Below are positions 63,871 to 64,000 of a DNA stretch of 64,000 nucleotides, piece by piece. Origin of the DNA: an uncultured Gemmatimonadales bacterium (GTDB lineage Bacteria > Gemmatimonadota > Gemmatimonadetes > Gemmatimonadales > GWC2-71-9). Position numbers and translations under genes: made by a program. The notes under the pieces are model-generated. The model searched no databases, was not told the origin of the DNA, and saw only the letters and a program-made list of their open reading frames with translations. Numbering within the stretch: the stretch's first letter is position 1; each line of letters starts with the position of its first letter. The stretch is from positions 1,152,001 to 1,216,000 of the forward strand of contig CAWGED010000005.1 of NCBI GenBank assembly GCA_963821525.1, in the 5' to 3' direction.

Positions 63871-64000
63871 GCCGACCTCGTCTGGTGCACCGAATTACCG
63901 AACGGCTCGGACAGCTCGTCGATCCGGTCTGCGGGAAGGAACAACCCCTCAGGCCCTACCGTGTGCTCCTGGCGGAGATCGTCATCGGTGATGCTCTCGC
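63867..64000 (-). CDS. nuoB: 3' end of the upstream gene, probably NADH-quinone oxidoreductase subunit B
   Basis: Open frame ...ESITDDDLRQEH...PFGNSVHQTRSA* whose stop overlaps the nuoC start. Identity is from position only. Confidence 0.6.
   Translation of the reverse strand, partial: ESITDDDLRQEHTVGPEGLFLPADRIDELSEPFGNSVHQTRSA

Overview
High-GC bacterial chromosome segment made mostly of housekeeping genes. The gene order suggests Gemmatimonadota, which is an inference. Left end: apt (partial), tRNA-Arg(CCT), a TPR protein and a terminator on +, followed by a well-formed dif (XerC/XerD) site at 1138-1165. Most genes to its right are on the minus strand and point toward it, as expected at the replication terminus. 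Reading along the minus strand these are nuoB-N, a phosphomannomutase, a UPF0182 protein, sucCD, a PTS-EIIA/CBS fusion, ndk, yceD-rpmF-plsX-fabHDG-acpP-fabF, a Rieske/flavodoxin fusion, a Tat amidase, a POTRA-less Omp85, a lipoprotein, mqnE-mqnA-mqnC, ispF, a DedA-TerB fusion, xerD, a trpG-like gene, kdsB-pyrG-kdsA-kdsC-lptC-lptA-like-lptB-rpoN, a five-gene glycosylation module and dapF. On + are an ABC exporter with a VanZ-like gene, a subtilisin-PKD lipoprotein and two tandem paralogs with a GYF_2-like N-terminus. About 14 genes are broken by small indels, most likely long-read assembly errors rather than pseudogenes. No CRISPR array, rRNA, IS or prophage was recognised. Best leads: DnaA-box-like and IHF-like motifs beside dif, the GYF-like paralog pair, the extended LptB, the YfhO glycosylation module, the EIIA-CBS fusion, the DedA-TerB fusion with a possible non-canonical start, and a heptamer inverted-repeat element between nuoF and nuoG.
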